A DNA stretch of 64,000 nt from Acidimicrobiia bacterium (GTDB taxonomy: Bacteria; Actinomycetota; Acidimicrobiia; Spongiisociales; ZC4RG35), in the NCBI GenBank assembly GCA_965203555.1, contig CBDBCY010000004.1:2496001-2560000 (forward strand). The letters run 5' to 3'. This document shows, in pieces, positions 1 to 9,219 of the stretch. The position numbers and the translations under genes were made by a program. The notes under the pieces are model-generated. The model ran no database searches. It was not told where the DNA came from and saw nothing but the letters and a program-made list of their open reading frames with translations. Positions within the stretch are counted from its first letter, which is position 1; the number at the start of each line of letters is the position of its first letter.

Positions 1-1096
1 CGATCAGGTTTCGGCCGACCTCCAGGCGCCCGGGTTCCCAGTGCCGCAGAGCCGCCTTCACGTTGCCCGGCTTCTCGGCAATGCAATCGCGTAGAGCAAA
101 GGCGTCGTCACAGGCCTTGGCGGTGCCTGCCGCCGCATGGGGGCGTACCGCAAAGGCGGCATCCCCGATCACGCACACCCTTCCGCGGGCCATCCGCGGC
201 GAGGCCACGTCGAAAATCACCTGGATAAAGAGATCCTCGGCGCCGTCCACCACCTCCCTCACCACCGGCGCCATGGTTTCCAACGCCTCCTGTCGGACCC
301 GGGACAGAATATCGGGCCGGACGAAGCCGGGGGGCACCGACCAGGGGCGCCTCACGCCTTCGGTATCGGTCAGCAGGTCATCCAGTGCAGCGCCTTCGGG
401 GCAGTTGTAGTACCAGACCAGGTTCATGAGGCGTTCTCCGGGCGCCAGGCTTCCGGTCTGGCTTGGGATGGCATAAGCCAGGGAGTGCCCGTTGGGCATC
501 AGGCAGTAGACCATGGCGTTGGTGGTCTCATCGGCGGCCGCCGGACTGAGATCCGTTTCGGGAATGGTCCCTCGCCAGGCGACGTACCCGGCGTAGGAAG
601 GGGAGACGTTCGGGTTGAGGATCGACCTTGCCAGCGAGTTGATCCCGTCGGCCGCCACCAGCAGATCGGTGACGACTGATTCACCGTCGGCGAACCTCAC
701 CTGGACCTCGTCCTCGGTCTGAGAGAACCCGGTCACCTCTTTGCGCAGGTGATAGCGATCTTCTCCGAAGTCCGACAGAAGGCCCCGGTAAATGGTGTTC
801 CAAGAACTGATCAGGGAACCGAGGGGTTTCTTGGACAACACCCGACCGCTTCGGTCAAGGAAGGTCCACCAGTAGGGTGCGATCGAGACTTGCCTGGTAT
901 CGAGCGGGCTGTGCTCGTCGAAGTATCGATAGGTGTGAGGGAGCAGGATGATGCCTGCTCCCCGATCCTGGAGCGCCTCGGAGGAACGCTCGTAGATGTC
1001 CACCTGGCATCCCAGGTCACGCAGCAGCAAACCGGCGGTCAGCCCGCCGATCGACCCTCCCATGACCGCCACCCTGGGCCATCGGCTGGCGGTCAA
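1..1096 (-). CDS. FAD-dependent monooxygenase, 2,6-dihydroxypyridine 3-monooxygenase-like (3' end runs off the window)
   Basis: Absent from the ORF track because it is open-ended. Manual translation from TTG at 1096 gives MTASRWPRVAVMGGSIGGLTAGLLLRDLGCQVDIYERS..DRGAGI (GxGxxG-type FAD motif, GGSIGGLTA typical of DhpH-like enzymes), with LLVAADG further on. Confidence 0.8.
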   Translation of the reverse strand, partial: MTASRWPRVAVMGGSIGGLTAGLLLRDLGCQVDIYERSSEALQDRGAGIILLPHTYRYFDEHSPLDTRQVSIAPYWWTFLDRSGRVLSKKPLGSLISSWNTIYRGLLSDFGEDRYHLRKEVTGFSQTEDEVQVRFADGESVVTDLLVAADGINSLARSILNPNVSPSYAGYVAWRGTIPETDLSPAAADETTNAMVYCLMPNGHSLAYAIPSQTGSLAPGERLMNLVWYYNCPEGAALDDLLTDTEGVRRPWSVPPGFVRPDILSRVRQEALETMAPVVREVVDGAEDLFIQVIFDVASPRMARGRVCVIGDAAFAVRPHAAAGTAKACDDAFALRDCIAEKPGNVKAALRHWEPGRLEVGRNLI

Positions 1097-1097
1097 G

Positions 1098-1628
1098 TCA
1101 AGCAGATCTCCCGAAGGTGGCGATCCGGTCCACCTTGCAGATGAACAGAACCCTGCGCTCGTTGATCGACGGGTCACGCAGACCGTAAGGAGGCTCGGCG
1201 CCGGTGTACTTGGTCCAGATCCTGTCCAGTTGAGCGGTGACCATCGCGCCCTCGTCGGGATCGTCCTCGGAGACCTCCCGCTCCACGGTGCACTTCATGC
1301 TCATCCAGTGGTAAGGGTTCGCCGGATTCATCAGCATGACGGTGATCTGGGGGTTGGCCCTGATCCAGGAGGTCTTCTTGCGATGGGCCGCCACGTTGAC
1401 CAGCACCCGACTGGCGTCGCCGTCATAGTCAAACCACATTGCAGACAGGTTGGGACGACCGTCCCCGCCCATCACCGCCATCACCGAGGTGACCTGCCCG
1501 TCCATCAGCTGTTTGTGGTCGGGATCGACATCGTTCAACCCGCCGATCCGGACCCGGTCACCTACTGAAAACTGGTTCGGCTGGAGTCCGTCGGCGACAT
1601 CAAGAAACCTGGCCACGGTTATAGACAT
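1098..1628 (-). CDS. Pyridoxamine 5'-phosphate oxidase-fold (PPOX class, possibly F420-dependent) protein
   Basis: GDGRPNLSAMWFD...RKKTSWIRANPQITV split-barrel pattern. Confidence 0.75.
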   Translation of the reverse strand: MSITVARFLDVADGLQPNQFSVGDRVRIGGLNDVDPDHKQLMDGQVTSVMAVMGGDGRPNLSAMWFDYDGDASRVLVNVAAHRKKTSWIRANPQITVMLMNPANPYHWMSMKCTVEREVSEDDPDEGAMVTAQLDRIWTKYTGAEPPYGLRDPSINERRVLFICKVDRIATFGRSA

Positions 1629-1667
1629 TGGGAGTGCTCCTCTCTGGGGTTTCGGGTTCAGAATACC

Positions 1668-3236
1668 CTAGCCGCGGGTCGTCTCGATCACGGGCCGGTA
1701 GGCGGTGGGATCTATGCGGGCGTCGATCAGGCGAGGCCGGGGTCCATCCAGCGCCGCGGTCAGCTGCGAGTGGTTCTCGGCTACCACGCCTTCCATTCCG
1801 CAGGCGCGGGCGATGGCCGCAAAGTCGCTGGTCAGATAACGTACGGCGTCCCGCCCGCCCTGGCCGGGAAGTTGCTTGAGCTCGATCAGGGTGAGGGCGG
1901 CATCGTTGAAGACCACCACCACTACCTGTGCGTGGGTCCTGGCCAGGGTTTCCAACTCGGACAGCACGTAACCCAGGCCACCGTCGCCGGTGAGACAGAC
2001 CGCTGGTCTCAGAGGATTGGCCATAGCGGCGCCCAGGGCGGCGGGGAGTGCATATCCCATGGTGGACAGTCCGTTGGAGATCAGGACCTGCCGGGGCCTG
2101 GTCGCCGGCAGCAAGGGCATCGCCACCAGAAAGTGGGCGCCGGCGTCCAGGGTAACCGTCGCTCCTCCGTGGCCGGCGGACCACTTCTGAACTTCTTGCA
2201 CCACTTGATGGGGAGTGAATCCGGGCCCGTCCTCCCACAGTGATCGGCGAGCGGCGCGCCACGCCATTTGGCCGGCGCCTTCGTCCCAGGAATTGTCGGC
2301 CAGATGGGCGGCCAGGGACTCCAAAATCGCGCCGACCGGACCCTGGACTTCGGCCTGTCCCGGAAAGAAACGGCGAGGTTGAGGCCAGGGGTTCAATTCA
2401 ATGACCGGCGCATCGTATCGGAAGGGCCGGGGAAGGGGTTCCACCGGGTCCACCCCCACCGCCAGCACCAGGTCGCTTTTTTGCAGGAGGGGCGCCTCCA
2501 GAAGGGAACTGGTGAACAGGCCTCCGAATTCGGGGGTGGTCTCGTCGATCAGGCCCTTGGCATGGTAGGTGGTGAGAGCCGGGCAACCCGTGCCGGCCAC
2601 CACCCGTCGCACCTCTTCGATCCAGGGAAGAGCGCCGGCGCCCACGATCAGCAGGGGATGTTCCGCCATACGGGCCAGGCGCCTTACGGATTCGGGAGGG
2701 GTGAGCCCGGCGGAAAGAGCGGGCGGATCCGGAGGTATGTCTCCGGGGACGGTGCTGTCCATGTCCAGATGAACGGCGCCCTGGGGGTGGGCCGTAGCCA
2801 GCCGCACCGCCGCTTCCGACGCCCGCGCCGTGTTGGAGTGTCCCGCCGTGCCGCTCCATTTGGTGACCGGTCCCATCAGGGCGGGTTGATCGAACTCCTG
2901 GTGCCCGACCCAGGAGCGGTCGGGCGCCGCCACGGTGTCCCCCACCAGCACCAGGGGCTGCTTGTCCAAGGTGGCCTGTGCCATCCCGTTGACGGCCGAA
3001 GCCACCCCCGGGCCCCTGGTCACCACCACCGCTCCCACCGTTTCGGTCAGCAGCCCGTAGGTGGAGGCGGCGATGCAGGCGGCAGTCTCGGTGTGGCAGA
3101 GGACGAAGGGGATGCCTTCTTCCGAGGCGGCGCCCACCTTGTGGAGGTTGGGGCCGCCGCCCGGCACTCCGAACAGTCGCCGGGTTCCTCCTGCTATGAG
3201 GCCGGAGACGATCCGGCGAGCCACTGGCGTGGACAT
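1668..3236 (-). CDS. Thiamine pyrophosphate-binding enzyme (acetolactate synthase large-subunit superfamily)
   Basis: FGVPGG, TRGPG, SNGLSTMGYALPAALGA and the TPP motif GDGG...ND. Confidence 0.85.
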   Translation of the reverse strand: MSTPVARRIVSGLIAGGTRRLFGVPGGGPNLHKVGAASEEGIPFVLCHTETAACIAASTYGLLTETVGAVVVTRGPGVASAVNGMAQATLDKQPLVLVGDTVAAPDRSWVGHQEFDQPALMGPVTKWSGTAGHSNTARASEAAVRLATAHPQGAVHLDMDSTVPGDIPPDPPALSAGLTPPESVRRLARMAEHPLLIVGAGALPWIEEVRRVVAGTGCPALTTYHAKGLIDETTPEFGGLFTSSLLEAPLLQKSDLVLAVGVDPVEPLPRPFRYDAPVIELNPWPQPRRFFPGQAEVQGPVGAILESLAAHLADNSWDEGAGQMAWRAARRSLWEDGPGFTPHQVVQEVQKWSAGHGGATVTLDAGAHFLVAMPLLPATRPRQVLISNGLSTMGYALPAALGAAMANPLRPAVCLTGDGGLGYVLSELETLARTHAQVVVVVFNDAALTLIELKQLPGQGGRDAVRYLTSDFAAIARACGMEGVVAENHSQLTAALDGPRPRLIDARIDPTAYRPVIETTRG

Positions 3237-3239
3237 CGG

Positions 3240-3620
3240 TTAGTCGTACAACTCCACGGTGATGAAGCGGATCTCGGTGTCCCCGGCGTTCTCGAAATCA
3301 TGGATCACCGACTCGGAAGGGGTGTGGGGCAAAAAGCTGGTGTCGCCCTCCTCGTATTGACGGATGTGATACACTCCGTCGGCGGTGCGCTGCTTGCCGA
3401 TGCCACCCTTGACGACCGTCCAGAAATAGTGACGGTCGTGAAGGTGGAACCCGCCCCTCTCCCCGGGCTGGAGGCGCACTTCCCACACCCCCACCTCGTC
3501 GTTGCGGAAGAGAAGCTTGGTTCCGATGTGACGGTTGCCTTCCTCGGCTGCGGTCAGTTCCTCTGAGAAGTCCTGGGTGTGATATTGGCCTTTTTCGATT
3601 ATTTCCACCATGCCGGACAA
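3240..3620 (-). CDS. Cupin-domain protein
   Basis: VWEVRLQPGERGGFHLH...HDFENAG; co-oriented in the operon. Confidence 0.75.
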   Translation of the reverse strand: MSGMVEIIEKGQYHTQDFSEELTAAEEGNRHIGTKLLFRNDEVGVWEVRLQPGERGGFHLHDRHYFWTVVKGGIGKQRTADGVYHIRQYEEGDTSFLPHTPSESVIHDFENAGDTEIRFITVELYD

Positions 3621-3642
3621 GGCTAGTTGGTCTTCGAAGAAC

Positions 3643-5241
3643 TCAGGGTCGGAGCAACCGGCGGGCGATGACCTTCAGAGCCAGTACTTCTTCGGCCCCC
3701 TCGAAAATGGAGAGAACCCGGGCGTCGACGAAGAGCCGCGAGACCGGGTATTCCTCGGCGTAACCGTACCCTCCGAACATCTGCATGGCGTCCCGGGTGA
3801 TCTGCTCGGCCGATCGGCAAGCCAGGGCTTTCACCATGGAAGCCTGGGTCTGGCCGCGGGGCTGGTCGAGATACCCGGCTACCTGGTAGGCGAATGCCCG
3901 GTGGGAGGTGATCCGCGCCGCCATCTCCCCCAGGCGTTCCCGGGTGAGCGAGTACCTGTCGAGAGCTTTCCCGAACACCTTCCGACCTGCCGTGTAATTG
4001 CGAGCCTCCTCGAATGCCGCCTCCATCAGACCCAGGGCCCGTCCGGCGGTCTGCAGCCTCCCGGTGGCAAAAGCCTGCATTTGCAGGTGAAACCCCCTTC
4101 CCATGCCTTCCTCCTCTCCGATCAGCGCGGACGAGGGAACCACCCAGTCTTCGAACAGCAACTCGAAGCTGTGCATTCCCCGGTAGCCGATGGTGGGAAT
4201 GGCGCGGCCCGACAAGCGCCCTCCTCCCGGCTGGGTGAGAGTGAAGGAGTGGCCGGAGCGGGCCGGCTTCTCCACCACGAACAGTGAAAGCCCGCGATGG
4301 CCTCGATCCGGATCGGGGTGGGTGCGAACCAACACCATTAGCAGTTCGGCCCGTCCGGCGAAGGTGGACCACATCTTGGCGCCGTTAATCATCCAGGTGG
4401 CGCCGTCCCGCCGGGCGGTGGTGGTAACCGAAGCCACGTCGGATCCGAAGTCGGGTTCGGTGACACAGATCGCCACCATCTTCTCGCCGGAGGCGATGGC
4501 TGGAAGCCAACGTTCTTTCTGTGCCCTGGTCCCGCCTCCGGTCAGCGCCCGGGCCAGCATCTCGGGACGGGTGATGAGTGATCCGCCGATTGCCAGTGAG
4601 GCCCGGCTCAGTTCCTCGGTGGCCACCACCATGGCCAGATGGGGAGGGTGATCTTCATCCAGGGATCCCCCGTAACGTTGTGGAATGGACAAACCGAACA
4701 CCCCCAGATCGGCCAGCCCCGATATCACCTCCTCGGGGACATCCAGGTCTTGGCGGTGGACCTGTTCGGCGTGGGGAACGATGACCTCCCGTCCGAACCG
4801 GCGGAACTCGCGGCGGGCCAGCGTCAACTCCGGCCCGAGGCCCGGATCCGGCGGCTGCTCCGCTTCGGCCAGGGTTGGATCGGAGAGCTCGCCGACGCAG
4901 GTAACCAGTTGCCTGATGTCGGGGTCCGCCAGCCACCGGCCGCGCAGGCCCTCCAATTCCCCGAAACGAGCGATGCGTTCGCGGCCGGAGCGGACCAGCA
5001 GGGCGGCGGCCAGCAGGCCGGTGGCCGGTCCCATCCTTTGCTCGGCTACAGCCCGTTCCACCACTCGCAGCTCGGAGGCTTCCGAAGCCAGGAATGCCAC
5101 CTGGTAGGCGAGGCTCTGGCAGCCGTCCAGACCTTGGGGATGAGCGGCCGAGACGTCTTTCACCGTGGCGACCGCGGCTGCGGTTGTGTTCTCCAGGGCC
5201 TCGGCGGCCGCGGAGATTGCGGAGGTGTTGCGTTCGTTCAA
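3643..5241 (-). CDS. mcd: Acyl-CoA dehydrogenase, (2S)-methylsuccinyl-CoA dehydrogenase (Mcd)-like
   Basis: 532 aa with the N-terminal extension typical of Mcd; EELSRASLAIGGSLITRPE, TEPDFGSD, GYRGM, DARVLSIFEGAEE. Confidence 0.7.
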   Translation of the reverse strand: MNERNTSAISAAAEALENTTAAAVATVKDVSAAHPQGLDGCQSLAYQVAFLASEASELRVVERAVAEQRMGPATGLLAAALLVRSGRERIARFGELEGLRGRWLADPDIRQLVTCVGELSDPTLAEAEQPPDPGLGPELTLARREFRRFGREVIVPHAEQVHRQDLDVPEEVISGLADLGVFGLSIPQRYGGSLDEDHPPHLAMVVATEELSRASLAIGGSLITRPEMLARALTGGGTRAQKERWLPAIASGEKMVAICVTEPDFGSDVASVTTTARRDGATWMINGAKMWSTFAGRAELLMVLVRTHPDPDRGHRGLSLFVVEKPARSGHSFTLTQPGGGRLSGRAIPTIGYRGMHSFELLFEDWVVPSSALIGEEEGMGRGFHLQMQAFATGRLQTAGRALGLMEAAFEEARNYTAGRKVFGKALDRYSLTRERLGEMAARITSHRAFAYQVAGYLDQPRGQTQASMVKALACRSAEQITRDAMQMFGGYGYAEEYPVSRLFVDARVLSIFEGAEEVLALKVIARRLLRP

Positions 5242-5270
5242 ACCAGGCTAAAAATCGTAGGATGGTGGTA

Positions 5271-6479
5271 ATGGGATCCCAAAAGACCGGCCAGATCGCA
5301 ACGCAGGGGATACTAAACGGAATGCGGGTGGTCGAATTGTCCGCCTTCGTGGCGGTTCCGCTGGCCGGTTTGACCCTGTCGTCCCTGGGCGCCGACGTCA
5401 TCAGGGTCGATCCGCCGGGGGGAGGACTCGATTACGGACGTTGGCCGGTGACCGCCGAGGGAAGGAGTCTCTACTGGGCCGGGCTCAATGCCGGGAAGCG
5501 TTCGGTGAACCTCGACCTGCGATCGGAGCAGGGAAGATCGACATTGATTGAATTGATCACCGCGGCGGGGGAAGATGCGGGGATCTTCATCACCAACCTG
5601 TCACCCCGATGGCTTTCCTACGAGCGGCTCTCCGGCATCCGTCCCGACCTGATCATGGTTGCCCTGCGGGGAAACCCTGACGGGTCGGTGGCGGTGGACT
5701 ACACCGTCAACGCGGCGATGGGGTACCCGGCGGTGACGGGCCCGGCGGACGCCGGACCGGTCAATCATGTGCTGCCGGCATGGGACGTCATCGCCGGGAA
5801 CATGGTGGCCAGTGCCGTATTGGCTGCTGAGCGGAAGCGTTTCCGGACCGGGGAGGGGCAACTGGTGCGGCTCTCCCTGACCGATGTGGCCCTTCACACC
5901 GTTTCTGCCCTGGGACATATCGGGGAGGTAGTGGTCAACCGGGATGATCGAGACTCCCACGGCAATTACGTGTTTGGCGCCTACGGTCGTGACTTTTCCA
6001 CTTCTGACGGCAGAAGGCTCATGGTGGTGGTGATCACGGACCGCCAGTGGCATGACCTGGTCGAAGCCACCGGGTCGAAAGAGCACATGGCGCGGATAGA
6101 GAGCGACGCCGGGCTCGACCTGGGTAAGGAGGGTGACAGGTTCCGGGCCCGCCATGAGATCTCCGCCGTGTTGGAACCCTGGTTCGCTTCCCGGACCCTG
6201 GAGGAAGCGGGGAGATTCCTGACCCGGCGCCGCCTGTGCTGGGGGCCCTACCAGACCTTCCGGCAACTGGTTGACGAAGACCCCCGCTGTTCGTTGCAGA
6301 ATCCTCTGTTCGGGGAGGTCGGCCATGCGGGAGTGGGGGAGTATTTGGCCGCCTCGCATCCCCTGGAGTTCGGAGGATGGAGGGTTCCTCCCCGGCCGGC
6401 GCCCCGGATGGGACAGAACACGGAAGAAGTCCTGTCGGAGATTCTTGGTGAGCCGACGCCACAGAACGTCGAAAGGTAG
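5271..6479 (+). CDS. mct: Mesaconyl-CoA C1-C4 CoA transferase (2-methylfumaryl-CoA isomerase), CaiB/BaiF family III
   Basis: GILNGMRVVELSAFVAVPL, GGGLDYGRWPVT, VDYTVN, VNHVLPAWD and EGDRFRARHEI closely follow the Chloroflexus Mct sequence as recalled. Start at ATG 5271, 7 nt after TAGGAT. Confidence 0.85.
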   Translation: MGSQKTGQIATQGILNGMRVVELSAFVAVPLAGLTLSSLGADVIRVDPPGGGLDYGRWPVTAEGRSLYWAGLNAGKRSVNLDLRSEQGRSTLIELITAAGEDAGIFITNLSPRWLSYERLSGIRPDLIMVALRGNPDGSVAVDYTVNAAMGYPAVTGPADAGPVNHVLPAWDVIAGNMVASAVLAAERKRFRTGEGQLVRLSLTDVALHTVSALGHIGEVVVNRDDRDSHGNYVFGAYGRDFSTSDGRRLMVVVITDRQWHDLVEATGSKEHMARIESDAGLDLGKEGDRFRARHEISAVLEPWFASRTLEEAGRFLTRRRLCWGPYQTFRQLVDEDPRCSLQNPLFGEVGHAGVGEYLAASHPLEFGGWRVPPRPAPRMGQNTEEVLSEILGEPTPQNVER

Positions 6480-6663
6480 CCCCCCACCCAACGTCTCTCC
6501 TGCCCCTTTCTTGACGCCGGGTGATGATCGAACTGTCCCATGGCGTCGACTCGAATAGAAACGTATAAGCCTTTTTCGGTGGCCGCGGTGTAAATTGGTT
6601 TGTAAAACTTCGCGATACATGGCGTTTTTGCCCAACCTGGCCTAAATCTCCTTCGAAACGACG

Positions 6664-6780
6664 GGGTCTGGCCTGGCGGGTTGCGTTGTGGACCGAAGGG
6701 TGGCGCCGACCTCATCGGGAAACCGGGCCGGACACAACGAAGCGGGCGCTGCTCCACGCCACGCTGCCTACCCTTGGAGC
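6664..6780 (+). ncRNA. Structured leader upstream of purH, candidate ZMP/ZTP riboswitch
   Basis: ggtctgg/ccgggcc stem, CTGGCG motif, ggtgg..catcgggaa element, and a downstream gctcca/tggagc hairpin whose loop contains cgcca. Position before purH-folD is typical; the match to consensus is imperfect. Confidence 0.35.
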
Positions 6781-6816
6781 AGGACGGCAAGGACCCTTGC
6801 GGAGGTTGGTCCCATC

Positions 6817-8319
6817 GTGGTCGGATTTCGGCTGGAGAGAGCCCTTCTCTCAGTCTCGGACAAGCGGGGAATCGTTGAATTCGCTCGCGGTCTGGAAGGA
6901 ATGGGAGCGGAGATCGTATCATCAGGGGGGACTGCCGGCGCCCTCAGGACAGCGGGAGTGGAAGTCATTCCAATAGAATGCGTGACCGGATTCCCCGAGA
7001 TGCTGGACGGTCGGGTCAAGACTCTTCATCCCCACATTCACGGGGGAATTCTTGCCGATCCGGATGACCCCGCCCATCGGGACGATTTGCTCCGGTTCGG
7101 AATTGCTCCCTTCCAGTTGGTGGTCTGCAACCTCTATCCCTTTGGCGAGCGTCCCGGGGTGGAGCAGATCGACATCGGAGGCGTGACATTACTGAGGGCC
7201 GCGGCCAAGAACCATGCGCATGTGGCGGTGGTCTCCTCGCCATCCCAATATGGGGAGGTTACGGACGCCTTGAACTCCCAGGGGTTGGATCAGGCGTTCC
7301 GCCGACGGCTGGCAGTGGAGGCTTTCGCTCATACCGCCTCCTACGACGCCGCCATCGCCGGTTGGATCGGGCGTGCCCAAGCCCTTCCGGATCCCCTGGT
7401 GATCACCTTGCGGCGCAAGCAGATGACCCGCTACGGGGAAAACCCCCACCAGCGGGGAGCGTTGTACGTCCCCGAGCGGGGCGGGTTCTGGGGAAGCTCG
7501 GTCCGGCGCATCCAGGGAAAAGCGATGTCCTACAACAATTACGCCGACGCCGAGGCAGCGGTAAGGCTGGCAGCCGATCTGGAGGAGTCGGGTTGTGTGA
7601 TAGTGAAACACGCCAACCCCTGCGGGGTGGGAACCGGCGGCGATGCTGCTGAAGCCTTCGCCCGGGCCTGGGAGGGGGACCCGTTATCGGCCTTCGGTGG
7701 AGTGGTCGCATTCAATCGTCCGGTCGGCGCCGTGGCGGCGCGGGCTTTGATCGAGGTGTTCGTGGAGGTGGTTGCAACCCCCCGGGTGGCGCCGGAGGCC
7801 GCCGAAATACTTTCCCAAAAACCCAACATGCGGGTTCTGGAGATGCCGCTTCGGTGGGAAAACGAGAGAGAGGTGCGGTCTTTGGGACCCGACTTCCTGG
7901 TGCAGACTCCCGACCGGACGGAGGTGTTCTCCGAGGAGTGGCAGGTGGTGTCCCAAGTGGCCCCTGACGCCCGCCGGCGGTCTGATCTTCGCTTGGCCTG
8001 GGTGGTGGCGGCCCATGCAAAGTCGAATGCGGTGGTGCTCTGCAAAGACGGCCGATCGGTGGGGGTGGGCGCCGGCCATCAGAGTCGGGTGGGAGCGGCC
8101 AACCATGCTGTTTTGACCGCCGGAGACCGCGCCGAAGGTGCGGTGGCGGCCTCCGACGGGTTTTTCCCTTTTAGAGACAGTATTGACGCCCTAGCATCTG
8201 TAGGCGTGGTTGCAGTCGTTTCACCCCGAGGATCGATGCGCGACGCGGAGGTAATCGCTTCCGCCGACCAACATGGGATGGCGCTTGTACTTACCGGACG
8301 AAGGCACTTCCGGCACTGA
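6817..8319 (+). CDS. purH: Bifunctional AICAR transformylase/IMP cyclohydrolase
   Basis: RALLSVSDK, GRVKTLHP, IDIGG, RYGENPHQ, KHANPCG, ASDGFFPF, RHFRH. GTG start at 6817 after GGAGG. Confidence 0.97.
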   Translation: MVGFRLERALLSVSDKRGIVEFARGLEGMGAEIVSSGGTAGALRTAGVEVIPIECVTGFPEMLDGRVKTLHPHIHGGILADPDDPAHRDDLLRFGIAPFQLVVCNLYPFGERPGVEQIDIGGVTLLRAAAKNHAHVAVVSSPSQYGEVTDALNSQGLDQAFRRRLAVEAFAHTASYDAAIAGWIGRAQALPDPLVITLRRKQMTRYGENPHQRGALYVPERGGFWGSSVRRIQGKAMSYNNYADAEAAVRLAADLEESGCVIVKHANPCGVGTGGDAAEAFARAWEGDPLSAFGGVVAFNRPVGAVAARALIEVFVEVVATPRVAPEAAEILSQKPNMRVLEMPLRWENEREVRSLGPDFLVQTPDRTEVFSEEWQVVSQVAPDARRRSDLRLAWVVAAHAKSNAVVLCKDGRSVGVGAGHQSRVGAANHAVLTAGDRAEGAVAASDGFFPFRDSIDALASVGVVAVVSPRGSMRDAEVIASADQHGMALVLTGRRHFRH

Positions 8320-9191
8320 TGACTGCCTTGGTGCTAAGCGGACGGACCGTGGCTGCGGCGGTGATGGAGGAGGTGGCCGCCGAGGTGGAGGTTTTGGCGG
8401 CTGCAGGCCATGTTCCCGGCCTGGCAACCGTGTTGGTGGGCGACGACCCCGCTTCTCACACCTACGTGCGGGCCAAGCGCCGCGATGCCGCCAAGGTTGG
8501 GATTCGCTCCATCCATCATCAACTGGAAGCGGACTCCTCTCAGAATCAGATAGAGGAACTGGTGAACAGCCTCAGCGCCGATCCGAGAGTGGACGGCATC
8601 CTGGTGCAATTGCCTCTACCCAGGGGATTGGACGAGGGCAGGGTGGTGGGCTGCATCGACCCCCGCAAGGACGTGGATGGGCTTCACAACGAGAATCTGG
8701 GTCGCCTGGTGGCCGAATTGTCCGGTCCCCGGCCCTGTACCCCAGCGGGCGTGATGCGCATTCTCAACCACTACGACCTTCCCGTTTCCGGGCGTCGGGC
8801 AGTGGTAATAGGCCGAAGTTTTCTGGTGGGAAAGCCGTTGGCTCTGCTGATGGCCACCAAGGGCGCCGACGCCACGGTAACCATCGCCCATTCTCGCACC
8901 GTTGAGTTGGAAGCGCTCTCTCGAGAAGCTGACATTCTGGTGGCGGCGGTGGGAAGGCCCAAGATGGTGAAAGCCTCCTGGGTGAAGCCGGGTGCGGTCG
9001 TGATCGACGTGGGTATCAACCGCACCGAGGAGGGGCTGGTGGGGGATGTGGACTTCTCCGAGGTCAGCAAGGTAGCCTCGGCGGTCACCCCGGTGCCGGG
9101 TGGAGTCGGCTTGATGACGAGGGCGATGTTGATGTCCAACACGGTGACGGCTGCCCGTGGGAACATTTCCGGATTGGGCGGGGTTTTATAG
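8319..9191 (+). CDS. folD: Methylenetetrahydrofolate dehydrogenase/cyclohydrolase
   Basis: DGILVQLPLP, KDVDGLH, PCTPAG, TPVPGGVG. Confidence 0.97.
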   Translation: MTALVLSGRTVAAAVMEEVAAEVEVLAAAGHVPGLATVLVGDDPASHTYVRAKRRDAAKVGIRSIHHQLEADSSQNQIEELVNSLSADPRVDGILVQLPLPRGLDEGRVVGCIDPRKDVDGLHNENLGRLVAELSGPRPCTPAGVMRILNHYDLPVSGRRAVVIGRSFLVGKPLALLMATKGADATVTIAHSRTVELEALSREADILVAAVGRPKMVKASWVKPGAVVIDVGINRTEEGLVGDVDFSEVSKVASAVTPVPGGVGLMTRAMLMSNTVTAARGNISGLGGVL

Positions 9192-9219
9192 AGAAGATAT
9201 TCTTTGAGCCGAGATACAC

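Noticed and set aside
6600-6680. ggcctaaa motif reminiscent of a c-di-GMP-I riboswitch
   Set aside because: The GGCAAAC and GCAAAG elements are absent and the gene context does not fit.
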